Positions 1 through 9,584 of a stretch of DNA of 45,614 nt are shown here, one piece after another; the stretch's first letter is position 1, and each line of letters begins with the position of its first letter. The notes beneath the pieces were generated by a model. It was given only the letters and a program-made list of their open reading frames with translations. It was not told where the DNA came from and made no database searches. The stretch spans positions 1-45,614 of the forward strand of contig JACRCW010000036.1 of the NCBI GenBank assembly GCA_016218805.1, given 5' to 3'. The DNA is from Deltaproteobacteria bacterium (GTDB lineage Bacteria > Myxococcota > JACRCW01). The position numbers and the translations under genes were made by a program.

Positions 1-130
1 CGATGCGCCTGTCCCGGGGGTCCGTGTCCTTCATGCAAGCAGGATCGGCAGCAACCACCGCCGCGTTGATCAGCCGAGTCGCCGATGGGATCTCCCCCTA
101 CATCACGCCTCCGGGCCCTGGCCCCGCTAA
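1..130 (-). mobile_element. Possible end of an insertion sequence (IS66-like); putative transposase start runs off the window (minus-strand ATG at 34: MKDTDPRDRRI...)
   Basis: Coding frame of the adjacent gene is cut by TAA at 128-130. The minus-strand peptide resembles the 'DPRDRRIAELE'-type N-termini of IS66-family transposases. No clear terminal IR could be verified. Confidence 0.35.
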
Positions 131-217
131 TCAAGTACGGGCGGGGACTGTGCGCCTGACAGGTATGAGGAGAATGACACGGCCGCGGCGGCACGCCTCT
201 ATCCCCCGCTGAGCGCG

Positions 218-2326
218 GTGGGAGAAATCGGCCAGACGGCGTGCGCGGGTGACGCGGATTTCTACACTTTCACGGTGGACGCCCCAGGTCCGGGAACGCA
301 GGTGCGCGTGCAGTACAATCCGGTGGGCGAGATCGCCACGGAGGTCACGGAGCGGGGCCAAGCCGTCGTGTTGGGCACGGGTGTCAACGCGGGCGGCTAT
401 TCCACCGTGACGTTTGATTCCACGGCCGGCCGCACGTACGTGCTGCAGGCCTCTTACGCGGGCACGGGCGCCGGGACGGACACGGAGATTCAGTTTGCCA
501 GGGGTTTCTGCCTGGGGGACGAGTTGGAGTCCAATGACAGCGAGGCGACCGCCAGCGCGTACGCCGACCTCCAAGCGATCAGCCGCAACGTGGAGATATG
601 CGAAGCGGACGCGGACTACTTCCGGTTCGCCGCCGTGCGCTCCGGCATGGTCACCGTGACGCTGCTCCAGGGCGGGACGCAGTTTGGTACGCTGCTGGCC
701 AGCGCGTTCACCGCGGGGAGCGAGGCCACGCCCCTGGCCACCACCGGTGCGCTGGAGGTGGACGCTGCCCGCGCGACGGTGACGTTCCCGGCGGCGGCCG
801 GCACGCAGTACTTCGTCAAGGTCTCCAACCCGTCCGGGCTGGGCCGCACGGCCTACCAACTTGCGCTGACGGGAGACCCGCTGACGCCCGCTCCACCCGC
901 CAACGACGATTGCAGCGGCGCCATTGCGCTGGTGGCCAACGCGTCCCAGGCGGGGACGCTGGCGGGCGCGGGACGCACCGTGGGCCTCCAAGGCCTGAGT
1001 TGCACGGGCTGGCCCACGGAGGGAAACGACGTCTTCTACACGTTGACGATTCCGGCCGGGCACGTGGCGACCGTTGACCTCACCACCGCGGACGCCACCG
1101 CGGACCTGGCGCTGTATTTGATTGACGGGTGCGCAACGGCGTGCTGCTGGGCGGGCGCGGACGTGGGCTTCTACGGTGACCCGGAGGCACTGGTCTACCA
1201 GAACATCACCGGTGCGGAGCAGGCGCTGTGGCTGGGCGTGGACACCTACTTTCCAGACACCCAGGCCGCGTTTGGTCTCACGGTGCGCGTGCAGCCGGAT
1301 TGTGGCCGCCCCCTCAGTTCCGCCGTGGGCCAGCCGTTGGACGCGTGTGTCTCCAACAACAACTGTTCATGCGGCCTGGATTGTGCGTTTGGCATTTGCA
1401 TGAAGCCCTGTATGAGCCCCGGCAGCACGGACGGATGCGATGCGGGTGACACCTGTGTGGAGTACGCCCCGGCGGAGTACTACTGCGCTCCGGTGGGGGG
1501 CCTGGATGAGAGTTGCTTCCTGTCCGCGCAGTGCACCGCGGGCCTGCGCTGCGACGTGACCAGTGAGGCCACGCTGGCGGATGGCGGCACGACGCCAGGC
1601 ACCGCCCACTGTCACCAGCCCTGCAACATCACCGCGGACTGCACGGGCACGCAGGAATGCCTCCCGTCCGACGTGGGCAGCCTGGAGGTCCAGCAGGACG
1701 ATGCCGGCTACGTGGCCTGCAGTCTGGACGGTGGCGGCCCGTGTCACCCCGGGTACGAGTGTCAAACGCTCCGCTTTGCCGATGGTTCGCTGGCCGACCT
1801 GTGTTCCAAGTACTACACGGCGTGCGGCACCGCCGTTCCCCCCACGCCGTACTTGGACTATCCGGACGGAGGCAGCCCGGCCTGGGGCGCCACCAGCCTG
1901 TGCAACCTGGGCGAAGCGGTTGATACGGCGTTGGGCCCGTTTGCGGGGAGCCTGTTCTGCGACACTTACCAGCAACTCCCCTCGCCACCCGAGGTGTGGT
2001 GCATCCCGGCGGGTCTGTTTGGGTTTGCCAATACGCCGGACACGCTGGGGCTGTGCTGGGCGTTCTGCGCCACGCACGCCAACTACCGCAATGGCGTGTT
2101 GACGGAGGCATTCAACGCGGACTGCCCGTCCGGCTATCACTGCACGCTGGAGGGGCCGTACGCCGAACCGGTGCGGGGCATCACCGGCGCCGACGTGCCG
2201 TGCACGGGTGACGAGACCGACCCGGTGTGCCTGGCCATTGACGCGATTTGTATCAACTACGCGGGAGGCAGGAAGTGCGGTTACCCGTACGGCACCTGCC
2301 AGCTGGACGGTACCGGCCGGCCCTGA
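218..2326 (+). CDS. Cys-rich extracellular protein with PPC-like beta-sandwich repeats; probably 5'-truncated (frame open from 131, no signal peptide)
   Basis: 702-aa ORF with repeated 'D.xE.ND...A' / 'D.D(F/Y)(Y/F).F' motifs, 'PANDDC..A' and many short Cys-rich repeats. Confidence 0.75.
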   Translation: MGEIGQTACAGDADFYTFTVDAPGPGTQVRVQYNPVGEIATEVTERGQAVVLGTGVNAGGYSTVTFDSTAGRTYVLQASYAGTGAGTDTEIQFARGFCLGDELESNDSEATASAYADLQAISRNVEICEADADYFRFAAVRSGMVTVTLLQGGTQFGTLLASAFTAGSEATPLATTGALEVDAARATVTFPAAAGTQYFVKVSNPSGLGRTAYQLALTGDPLTPAPPANDDCSGAIALVANASQAGTLAGAGRTVGLQGLSCTGWPTEGNDVFYTLTIPAGHVATVDLTTADATADLALYLIDGCATACCWAGADVGFYGDPEALVYQNITGAEQALWLGVDTYFPDTQAAFGLTVRVQPDCGRPLSSAVGQPLDACVSNNNCSCGLDCAFGICMKPCMSPGSTDGCDAGDTCVEYAPAEYYCAPVGGLDESCFLSAQCTAGLRCDVTSEATLADGGTTPGTAHCHQPCNITADCTGTQECLPSDVGSLEVQQDDAGYVACSLDGGGPCHPGYECQTLRFADGSLADLCSKYYTACGTAVPPTPYLDYPDGGSPAWGATSLCNLGEAVDTALGPFAGSLFCDTYQQLPSPPEVWCIPAGLFGFANTPDTLGLCWAFCATHANYRNGVLTEAFNADCPSGYHCTLEGPYAEPVRGITGADVPCTGDETDPVCLAIDAICINYAGGRKCGYPYGTCQLDGTGRP

Positions 2327-2411
2327 TCCAGCGCCGCGTATCGGTCAATTGACGGAGGTCATCTGGCGGGTGCCTTGCCGACAACCCCCTACACAAGCAG
2401 TGGGGTCAACG

Positions 2412-3752
2412 GTGCGGCGACGTCTTGAAATGCTCCTGGTGCTGGTGGCGGCGGGCAACTGCATGTGTTCCGAGGAATTGCAGCAGGTGCCGGGGCGCCT
2501 GTCCGGCCGGTTCTGCGCACCGGGGACGGGGCAACCGCTGGCTTTTGCACCGGTGGAGATCCGCACCGACGGCGGGGAAGTGGCCGCGCGCACGCGCACC
2601 GACAGCGCCGGCGAGTTTGAGGCGGACGGGCTTCCTGCGGGCGACTACCACGTGCAGGCCACCGGTGCCGGCGTCACCCGCGCGCGCGACGCGCAGGTGC
2701 ACTCGGATGAAATGACCCGATTTGACGACGTTACCTGCCAGGAGGGCGGGACGCCGCCGGTGGGCCAAACGCCGGCGGGCAGCGTGCACGGCCGCTATTG
2801 CGACCGGGGAGCGGGCAGCTGGGGTGGCGGGGCCTCCGTGTGGTTGACGACGTCCGCGGACCCGTCCGGCATCCTGTACCCGACGGCGGCGGACGCAACG
2901 GGCGAATGGACCGTGGCGGGTGTGGTGCCCGGCGTGTACGACGTGCACGTGTCCGGGGCACAATCAGACCAGCTGATTGACGACGTGGTGGTGCAGGACG
3001 GCGTTGTGGCGGAGACGCTGGTGCCGGCACAGTGCGCGGCCTGGGTGTGCACGCCGGGCACCGCACAGCTGTGCTTTCCCGCGGGCAGCGGGGCGCCCGG
3101 CGTGGGTATCTGCACCAACGGGCTGGCCACGTGCGCGGAGGATGGGTCCGCCTACGGCGCCTGCGCGGGCGCGGTGGGCCCGGCGGTGGACGTGTGTGGC
3201 AACGGCGTGGATGAGGACTGCAACGGCCGCCCCGACGACACGTGCGCCTGCCAGCCGGGTGCGGCGCAGGGGTGCTATTCGGGGCCCGCCGGGTCCGCGG
3301 GCCGCGGCGCGTGCCGCGCGGGCCAGCAGACCTGCGCGTCCGACGGCAGCGGGTTGTCCGCCTGCAGCGGTGAAGTGCTGCCCGCCGCGGAAATCTGCGG
3401 CAATGACGTGGATGAGGACTGCAACGGAACCGCGGATGACAACTGCGCCATCGTTGAGGTGCAGGTGAACCTGGACGGGGACTGCCTCACCGCAAGTTGC
3501 CCGGCCAACGCGCCCTATCCGGTGGGGTGCAGCATCACCATGGCCGGTGGAGACGAGCGCGGCTGCGTGGCCAGCCGGCCGGACCGCTCACTGGTCTATT
3601 TCCAGGAAGGCGACCAGTGCGGCGCCGGTCACGTCACCGGGGTGCTGCGCTGCTCGGTCTATGCCGGCGCGGACCTGGATGAGAGCAACTGCCCCATCAA
3701 CAAACCGGTGCGTTACTACCCGCCTGACCGGTCGTTCTGTCCGGCCACGTGA
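2412..3752 (+). CDS. Secreted/lipoprotein with carboxypeptidase-regulatory-like domains and MopE-like Cys/Asp repeats
   Basis: Hydrophobic N-terminus then Cys (LLVLVAAGNC); 'TRTDSAGEF..GLPAGDY.V' motifs; 'CGNGVDEDCNG..DD' twice. Start 2412 (GTG) or 2430 (ATG). Confidence 0.75.
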   Translation: MRRRLEMLLVLVAAGNCMCSEELQQVPGRLSGRFCAPGTGQPLAFAPVEIRTDGGEVAARTRTDSAGEFEADGLPAGDYHVQATGAGVTRARDAQVHSDEMTRFDDVTCQEGGTPPVGQTPAGSVHGRYCDRGAGSWGGGASVWLTTSADPSGILYPTAADATGEWTVAGVVPGVYDVHVSGAQSDQLIDDVVVQDGVVAETLVPAQCAAWVCTPGTAQLCFPAGSGAPGVGICTNGLATCAEDGSAYGACAGAVGPAVDVCGNGVDEDCNGRPDDTCACQPGAAQGCYSGPAGSAGRGACRAGQQTCASDGSGLSACSGEVLPAAEICGNDVDEDCNGTADDNCAIVEVQVNLDGDCLTASCPANAPYPVGCSITMAGGDERGCVASRPDRSLVYFQEGDQCGAGHVTGVLRCSVYAGADLDESNCPINKPVRYYPPDRSFCPAT

Positions 3753-3795
3753 GGCGCGCGCGTCAAGGTTGCGGGCGGTCCAGGTTGCCGCGCTT

Positions 3796-4176
3796 TCACA
3801 GCGGCCGGGACTCCGAGATGGCAAGGAGGTTCCCCTCGGGGTCGCGGCAGAATGCCATCCACAGCTCAAAGGCTGCCGTCTTCCCGACGAGGTGCGGAGC
3901 GTCGTCAAACGGTACGCCGCGCGCCTTGAGCGTTGCGTAGGCCGCCGCGCAGTCCGGGACGTCAAAGTATAGGACTGAATTCGGGTGGTCCACCTCTGGC
4001 GACGAGGGCCTGGTGAGCATCAGCCGCACGCCGCCGGCGTCAAAGAACGCCATTCCCGCGGTTGCGAACTGGAACGGAAGGCCCAGTGCATCACGGTAGA
4101 ACGGCACCGCGCGTTCAACATCATGCTGCACCAGGGCAATCTGCTGGATGGTGCCGAGCCGGAACGGGTCTGCCAT
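3796..4176 (-). CDS. VOC/glyoxalase family protein
   Basis: 'IQQIAL...DVERAVPFYRDALGL', 'VLYFDV.D', 'AFCRDPEGNLLAI'. Start placed at MADPF. Confidence 0.9.
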   Translation of the reverse strand: MADPFRLGTIQQIALVQHDVERAVPFYRDALGLPFQFATAGMAFFDAGGVRLMLTRPSSPEVDHPNSVLYFDVPDCAAAYATLKARGVPFDDAPHLVGKTAAFELWMAFCRDPEGNLLAISESRPL

Positions 4177-4298
4177 GTCCGTATGTGCGTATTGTGCAGA
4201 CGCCGCGCAAGCCGGGGCGCACATGTACGGATTGCAGACTTGCGGCACGTCCGGCCGGTCTTCTCGACGCTGCGAGTGGCGTTTGCTACGCGGCGTTC

Positions 4299-4964
4299 AT
4301 GAAACGCGCACACTGGGAGAGCGCCGGGCGGATCCGTTCCCTGCTCCTGGCGGGGGACGCCAAGCCCGAGGTGTTCCGCGCAGCCCTGACTGACGTTGCT
4401 CCCGCGGAGCGCGATGCGTGGCTGGACGCGGTGCTGGGAATTGAGTCCATTCCTGACGACGGCCCAGCGCTGCCGCGCGGGTGTGTTCCGTATCTGCCGT
4501 GTCCGGTGGACGCCATCCTGCGAATGGTCGACGGAGCGGGCGTGCAGGCGTCGGACGTGTTCGTGGATATCGGCTCGGGCGTTGGGCGGGCCGCCGCGCT
4601 GGTGCACCTGCTGACCGGGGCCGCGGCGATTGGCCTGGAGATCCAGCCCGACCTGGTCCGCGCGTCACGCGACCTGGCGGCGCGTCTCAAGGCCGTGCAC
4701 TTTGCGCCGATTGAAGGGGATGCGGTGCGCCTCGCGGGCTTCATCATGATCGGGACCATCTTCTTCTTGTATTGCCCGTTCAGCGGTGACCGGTTGGAGA
4801 AGGTGCTCGACGATCTTGAGCCCATCGCCCGCACGCGGCCGATACGCGTATGCAGCGTTGACCTTCCGCTGCCGCCCCGCCCATGGCTGATGCCCGCGTT
4901 ACCTCCCACGGGAGACCTGGCCGTCTACCGGAGCGTTCCGTCACTCGGCGCGGCGGGAACGTGA
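4299..4964 (+). CDS. Class I SAM-dependent methyltransferase (DOT1-like)
   Basis: Motif I 'VFVDIGSGVGR', 'AIGLEI', 'IEGDA', 'FFLYCPF'. Confidence 0.8.
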   Translation: MKRAHWESAGRIRSLLLAGDAKPEVFRAALTDVAPAERDAWLDAVLGIESIPDDGPALPRGCVPYLPCPVDAILRMVDGAGVQASDVFVDIGSGVGRAAALVHLLTGAAAIGLEIQPDLVRASRDLAARLKAVHFAPIEGDAVRLAGFIMIGTIFFLYCPFSGDRLEKVLDDLEPIARTRPIRVCSVDLPLPPRPWLMPALPPTGDLAVYRSVPSLGAAGT

Positions 4965-4979
4965 CCGACGCGCTGCACA

Positions 4980-6014
4980 TCAGCGCGCGGCAGGCGCGGC
5001 GGACAACGCAGCTTCCAGCCGGTCAAACTCCACGGCGTCATCCGCGGCCAGCGCCAGGCGCGCGTCCGCCAGGATGGCGCGTGCTTCGCGCAGCAACGCC
5101 GCCGCGCGTACCGGGTCCTGACGCGCGCCGGCCACCGCGGCCTGGTTGAAACGGACCATGGCCGCGCCGTAGCGGTCGGTGGTGTCGACGTCCGCGGCAC
5201 CCTCTGCAAACAACCGCTCCGCCGCGTCCACGTTGCCGCGCCGCAACTCAACGTGCCCCAGGTTGTGCAACTCCACCTGCACCATGCCGTGGTCCCCCAG
5301 GCGGCGGTTCAGGTCCAGGCTGCGGGCAAACAGGACCGCGGCGTCGTCAACCGTGCCCAACGCGCGCGTGGCCTGCGCCAGCATGTGCAGCGGGGCCTGG
5401 GTGAGCGCCGGGTCCAGTGGCGTGAGCAGCGCCAATGCGTCCTGCGCGTGCTCGCGCGCCGCGGCGTGGTTCCCGTCAGAAAATGCCACGCGGCTCAGGC
5501 CCAGGAGCGCCAGACCCTCCGCTTCGCGGTCACCCGACGTGCGCGCGGTCCGGAGTGCGGCGGCGTTGCGCGCGCGGGACGCTGCAAGGTCACCCAGCCG
5601 GAACGCGAACAGCCCGTCCCCGTACAGGGCCAGCGCGAGGTCGCGGCAGGGCGGGAGCCCGGGCCGGTCCAGCAGGGGCGCAAGAAACCGGCGGCCGGCC
5701 GCGTCGTCACGCGCCAGCACCCACAGCCGCCAGACACGCGCGGCCAGTTCCAGCGCGGCCTCCGGTTGTCCGTGGTCCGCCAGGTACGTCGCGGCGCGGG
5801 CAAAGGACTCGCGGTCGGCGGCGAACTCGGCTGCCCACGCCGGGGGATCCGCGGGAACGGGTCTCCCCGACGACGAGGGAAAGGCCCACTGGACTTGGCG
5901 GGCACGAAGGCGCAGCTGTTGGGTGCGGTCCGCGTTCAACACGTTCACCTCGGGCGGTGCGCCGCTGCGCAGAACGCTGCAGGCGCCCACAAGGATCAGG
6001 ACCAGCGCGCGCAT
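4980..6014 (-). CDS. Tetratricopeptide-repeat protein, probable lipoprotein
   Basis: 'MRALVLILVGAC' signal; helical repeats such as 'LHNLGHVELRRGNVDAAERLF'. Confidence 0.75.
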   Translation of the reverse strand: MRALVLILVGACSVLRSGAPPEVNVLNADRTQQLRLRARQVQWAFPSSSGRPVPADPPAWAAEFAADRESFARAATYLADHGQPEAALELAARVWRLWVLARDDAAGRRFLAPLLDRPGLPPCRDLALALYGDGLFAFRLGDLAASRARNAAALRTARTSGDREAEGLALLGLSRVAFSDGNHAAAREHAQDALALLTPLDPALTQAPLHMLAQATRALGTVDDAAVLFARSLDLNRRLGDHGMVQVELHNLGHVELRRGNVDAAERLFAEGAADVDTTDRYGAAMVRFNQAAVAGARQDPVRAAALLREARAILADARLALAADDAVEFDRLEAALSAAPAAR

Positions 6015-6211
6015 GGTCTTCCCCACGCAAGACATCCGCGCGGGTGACTACTCCCGCCGACTCAGCAACGCCACGCGGCCACCTGTCGTACTTACGCAGA
6101 CCGCTGGGGCCGCGGGGCCACGCGCGGCCCGTGCGCCACGCCGGGAAGGCCGGTGCGCCCACGGAATTCCAGCGGAATCCGTGGGCACGGCGGTTGAAGT
6201 GTCGCGCGGGC

Positions 6212-6673
6212 ATGAAGTGGTTCACCGTGGTGGCGATGACAGTGTTGGGCGGACAGGGGTGCGCGGCCCTTGCCCTGAACGGCACCTACCAACCCCGCAC
6301 TGCCGCGCTGGCGGAAGCCGACCCGGCGACGCTGTACGAGGCGGTGGAACACCACGCCCGCGCCGAGAACTGGCAGGTGGTCCGTGCGGACCCGGCCCAC
6401 GGGACCCTGGAGGCGCTGACGGGGGAGCAAAACGACGGGGAATTTGCGCAGCGCGAACGCTGGCTGTTCACGGTGCGCGGCGGCGCCGTGCAGGTGCGCA
6501 TGATCTACGAGGTGCGGTTTGCCCCCGGGCAGGACTGGACCTCCACTGACGAGATTTGTGACGGCTACACGTACGCGCGTGAGGACGGGCAGCTGCGCGC
6601 GGTGTCCGTGTATGCACGGTCCCTGCTGGCCCGCAGAGATTCCCTGGAAACGCACAGATTTGCTGCGCGCTGA
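6212..6673 (+). CDS. Hypothetical lipoprotein
   Basis: 'MKWFTVVAMTVLGGQGC' lipobox-like signal; GC3-rich coding frame. Confidence 0.7.
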   Translation: MKWFTVVAMTVLGGQGCAALALNGTYQPRTAALAEADPATLYEAVEHHARAENWQVVRADPAHGTLEALTGEQNDGEFAQRERWLFTVRGGAVQVRMIYEVRFAPGQDWTSTDEICDGYTYAREDGQLRAVSVYARSLLARRDSLETHRFAAR

Positions 6674-6765
6674 GCGTGAATCCGCGGGTTTCTGAGCGGG
6701 AACGGGTTGACCAGAAGCGATTCCCGGCAATCAATCTTTGCCGCAGCCCCCCACCCGCCTCGGCG

Positions 6766-6912
6766 CTGCGCGCCTCGGCTCGGCGGCCTCCCCCACGAGG
6801 GGGAAGGCGACGCAGCGGCGCGCCTCGGCGGCCTGGCCCGCGAGAGGGGAGGCGACGCAGCGGCGCGCCTCGGCGGCCTGGCCCGCGAGGGGGGAGGCGA
6901 CGCAGTGGCGCG
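6766..6912. repeat. 45-bp tandem REP-like repeat (two near-identical copies at 6811 and 6856, a degenerate copy before and a partial copy at 6901)
   Basis: Unit CGCAGCGGCGCGCCTCGGCGGCCTGGCCCGCGAG(A/G)GGGGAGGCGA, lying between convergent genes. Confidence 0.85.
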
Positions 6913-6955
6913 CGGGCTCCACCGAAGACCAAGGCGCGTCAGCCCGAAGCGGTGG

Positions 6956-7390
6956 TCAACGCGCCGCCGGTTTGGACAGGCTGCGGACAAACGCCACCAC
7001 GTCCTGCAACTGTTGCTCATTCAGCGAGGCTTTCCAGGCCACCATCAAGGGGGACTTGCCCACCGCCGGTCCACCTTCCCTGGCGGTTGTGTAGATCTGC
7101 TGGTCCGTGGACGCGGCCGCGCGTTTGGCGTCCGTGAAATCCGCCGGTTTGGGATTGAGTGCTGCACTGGCCGGCCCGTCGCCACGGCCGCCGTCACCAT
7201 GGCAGGGCGTGCAGAACTGCTTGAAGATCAGCGCGCCCTTTCCACTGTCACCTTTGAGGGTCCAGGCCTCCACCGGGGCGGCCGCCGCGGGTGCGGCTGC
7301 CGGCTGGGTCCTGGGGGCCGGCTGCCTGATGCAGGCCAGCATGCTGACGGCTGACATCAGCAGTCCTGTCGCAACGCGGGTCATGTTCAT
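6956..7390 (-). CDS. Monoheme cytochrome c lipoprotein
   Basis: CTPCH, 'PKPADFT', axial Met in 'SPLMVAW'; lipobox 'SMLAC'; GGAGG RBS. Start 7390 or 7384. Confidence 0.9.
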   Translation of the reverse strand: MNMTRVATGLLMSAVSMLACIRQPAPRTQPAAAPAAAAPVEAWTLKGDSGKGALIFKQFCTPCHGDGGRGDGPASAALNPKPADFTDAKRAAASTDQQIYTTAREGGPAVGKSPLMVAWKASLNEQQLQDVVAFVRSLSKPAAR

Positions 7391-7454
7391 CCATTCCTCC
7401 GGGTTTCGCGGACGGCCATCGTCGCGCGGTATGTGGTGGTTGACGGTGCTGCAA

Positions 7455-9584
7455 TCACGGCGGTCCCGGGTACCAGGTGAAGCCGCTGGCCCGGTCAAAG
7501 ACAACGGCGGGCCGCACGCCCTCTTTCAGCTCCAGGCGCCGGGCAGAGACAAACGGCCACGCATCCGGATCGGCGCCGTCCCCAATCCGCACCATGACGT
7601 CATGGTGGCCAGCGGGCAGTTCCCAGGACTCCAGCCCCACGCTGGCGCCATCCCCCCACAGACCATGCGGTGGATACGCCTGCGCGTGGACCCGTTGCCC
7701 GTCAACAAACACCTCCAGGCGGACGGGCTGCCTTCGGCGTTCGCACTCGGTGTCACGCCGCATGTGCGGTGGGCGCCTGGCCTGCTCCTCCTGGCTCAGC
7801 CGGCGGCATTGCTCCTCCATGGCGCCGGGGTGCCTGAAGGAGACCGCCAGCCGCGGTGGCATCTTCCGGGGCGCCCAACTGACGACGGAACCACCCCACA
7901 GCAGCGCAGCGGTCATACACGCCGTCACCACGGCGCCCGCCCAGCGCGGAACCGCACGCGGCGCCGGCGCGGGGCGGTGCGCCAGAAACGCCGCGGCCTG
8001 CTGGCGCAACGCGTCCACCTGGCGCGGATTGCCTTCAATGATACGCACGCGCTCCGCGAGCCTCCGGTCATGCAGGCCCACGTCGCGTTCATCGGCGATG
8101 CGCAGTCGGGTCCAGCGCATCCCCTCGCGGAACCGCGCCACGCCGCCGCACCCGACGATGAGCACGTGCGTGGCCCCGCGTCTAAGCAGGCGCGACACGG
8201 TGATGGCCTGCACCCATCCGGCACAGGGCACCATGCACGCGCGATAACCGGGAAGCGCGTTGCAGTGGCCGTCCTCGTCCACCCGCAGCCCCGGCGGGAC
8301 GGCGTCATGACACAGGAACGCCACCGCGTGTGCCGCGCCGCCACCCGGCGCGGACCATTGCTCAAGACGGGCCCGCTCGCGGAGCATGTCGTAATGCGGC
8401 AGCGTGGCCGCACCCGTGTGACAGCTCCCCACGCAGATGCCGCATGACAGGCACCGGGAAGGATCAACGCGCGCCTGCGCGGGAAAACGCCGTTCATCAT
8501 CGCGCGGCACCATGGCAATGGCGTCGTACGGGCAGTCCTTCACGCACTGTTCGCAGGCGTTGCAGCGCGGTGTCACGATGTTGGCCGCGGGACGGCGCGC
8601 ACGCGCCAGCAGCCACGGCGCCGCGAAGACGGGGATCCCCACCGCCAGCGTCCACGCCACCACGCGGCCGCCACTGCTGGCGTCAAACAGCAACAACGGC
8701 CACAGGTACCACGCGTCCAGCGCCATGCGGCCGGGCACCACCGCCATCAGCGCCGGAGCGGCGGCCACGGGAGGCAGGACGGCGGACAACGCCAGGATTC
8801 CCAGCACCAGTGCCAGCGCCAGGGGACGCGCTGCCAGGAATTCGGGGCGGGCCAGGCGGGCAATGTGCAGCCACAGCGCAATGCCCATGCCCAGCGGCAG
8901 CAGCATGTGCACAAAGAACACGACGAAGAACAGCAATGAGTTGACCGTCGCGTCCGCGACGAACTCGCGCGACATGGGGTCATTGAAGATGGGCAGCACG
9001 TCCGCGGCGCGCGCGGAAACCAGCGCTATCTCGCGCGCTGTTTCGTCCCAGACCAGCCAGTAGCCGAGCCAGCCCACGGCCCACAGCAGCCCCACGGCCA
9101 TCCCCCCGGTCACCCACGCCAGCCAGCGCGCGCCGGTGAAGCGCCGCGCAGACGCGAGGCGCAGCGCGTGCCACAACGTGAAGGCCATGCACCCGTCAGA
9201 ACTGTAACGGTGCGCCGCGCGCACCAGCCGCGACAGCCATCCCGCCTCCATGGCGCGCATGGACGCGTGCGCCAGGTGCACCGACGGCGAGTACCACACC
9301 AGCAGCAGCACGCCGGTGACGCACGCGGTGATGAGCAACGTGTTGGCCACCGCGCCGCTGTGCAACAGCGGGTTCCACTCATCCGGCACCACGCGGCGTG
9401 AGCGCGCCTCCACCCAGCTCACCAGGGTTTCCGCAGCGCGGAACAGCGCTTGACCGCGGACCGGGGGTTCCGGTTGCGACTCCAACGGACCTTCCGCCGC
9501 CGCCGGCGCCTGCTCCGGATCCTCCGCGCCGTCACAGCCCGGTGCGCCCGGGTCGCGGTCGGGCTTGGCGGTGACGGTGACCAT
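7455..9584 (-). CDS. Cytochrome b / 2x[4Fe-4S] ferredoxin / FlpD(MvhD)-like fusion membrane protein
   Basis: Cytochrome b N-terminal His pairs (RAAHRY..WHALR; FVHML..WLHI) and 'GWLGYWLVWD'; CNACEQCVKDCP and CLSCGICVGSC; FlpD-like 'FLC..VPCAG..IVGC'. Start overlaps the SCO stop (TGATG). Confidence 0.85.
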   Translation of the reverse strand: MVTVTAKPDRDPGAPGCDGAEDPEQAPAAAEGPLESQPEPPVRGQALFRAAETLVSWVEARSRRVVPDEWNPLLHSGAVANTLLITACVTGVLLLVWYSPSVHLAHASMRAMEAGWLSRLVRAAHRYSSDGCMAFTLWHALRLASARRFTGARWLAWVTGGMAVGLLWAVGWLGYWLVWDETAREIALVSARAADVLPIFNDPMSREFVADATVNSLLFFVVFFVHMLLPLGMGIALWLHIARLARPEFLAARPLALALVLGILALSAVLPPVAAAPALMAVVPGRMALDAWYLWPLLLFDASSGGRVVAWTLAVGIPVFAAPWLLARARRPAANIVTPRCNACEQCVKDCPYDAIAMVPRDDERRFPAQARVDPSRCLSCGICVGSCHTGAATLPHYDMLRERARLEQWSAPGGGAAHAVAFLCHDAVPPGLRVDEDGHCNALPGYRACMVPCAGWVQAITVSRLLRRGATHVLIVGCGGVARFREGMRWTRLRIADERDVGLHDRRLAERVRIIEGNPRQVDALRQQAAAFLAHRPAPAPRAVPRWAGAVVTACMTAALLWGGSVVSWAPRKMPPRLAVSFRHPGAMEEQCRRLSQEEQARRPPHMRRDTECERRRQPVRLEVFVDGQRVHAQAYPPHGLWGDGASVGLESWELPAGHHDVMVRIGDGADPDAWPFVSARRLELKEGVRPAVVFDRASGFTWYPGPP

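Noticed and set aside
6766..6912. CRISPR array (also considered at 45490-45614)
   Set aside because: No unique spacers of regular length, only 2-3 units, and no cas genes.
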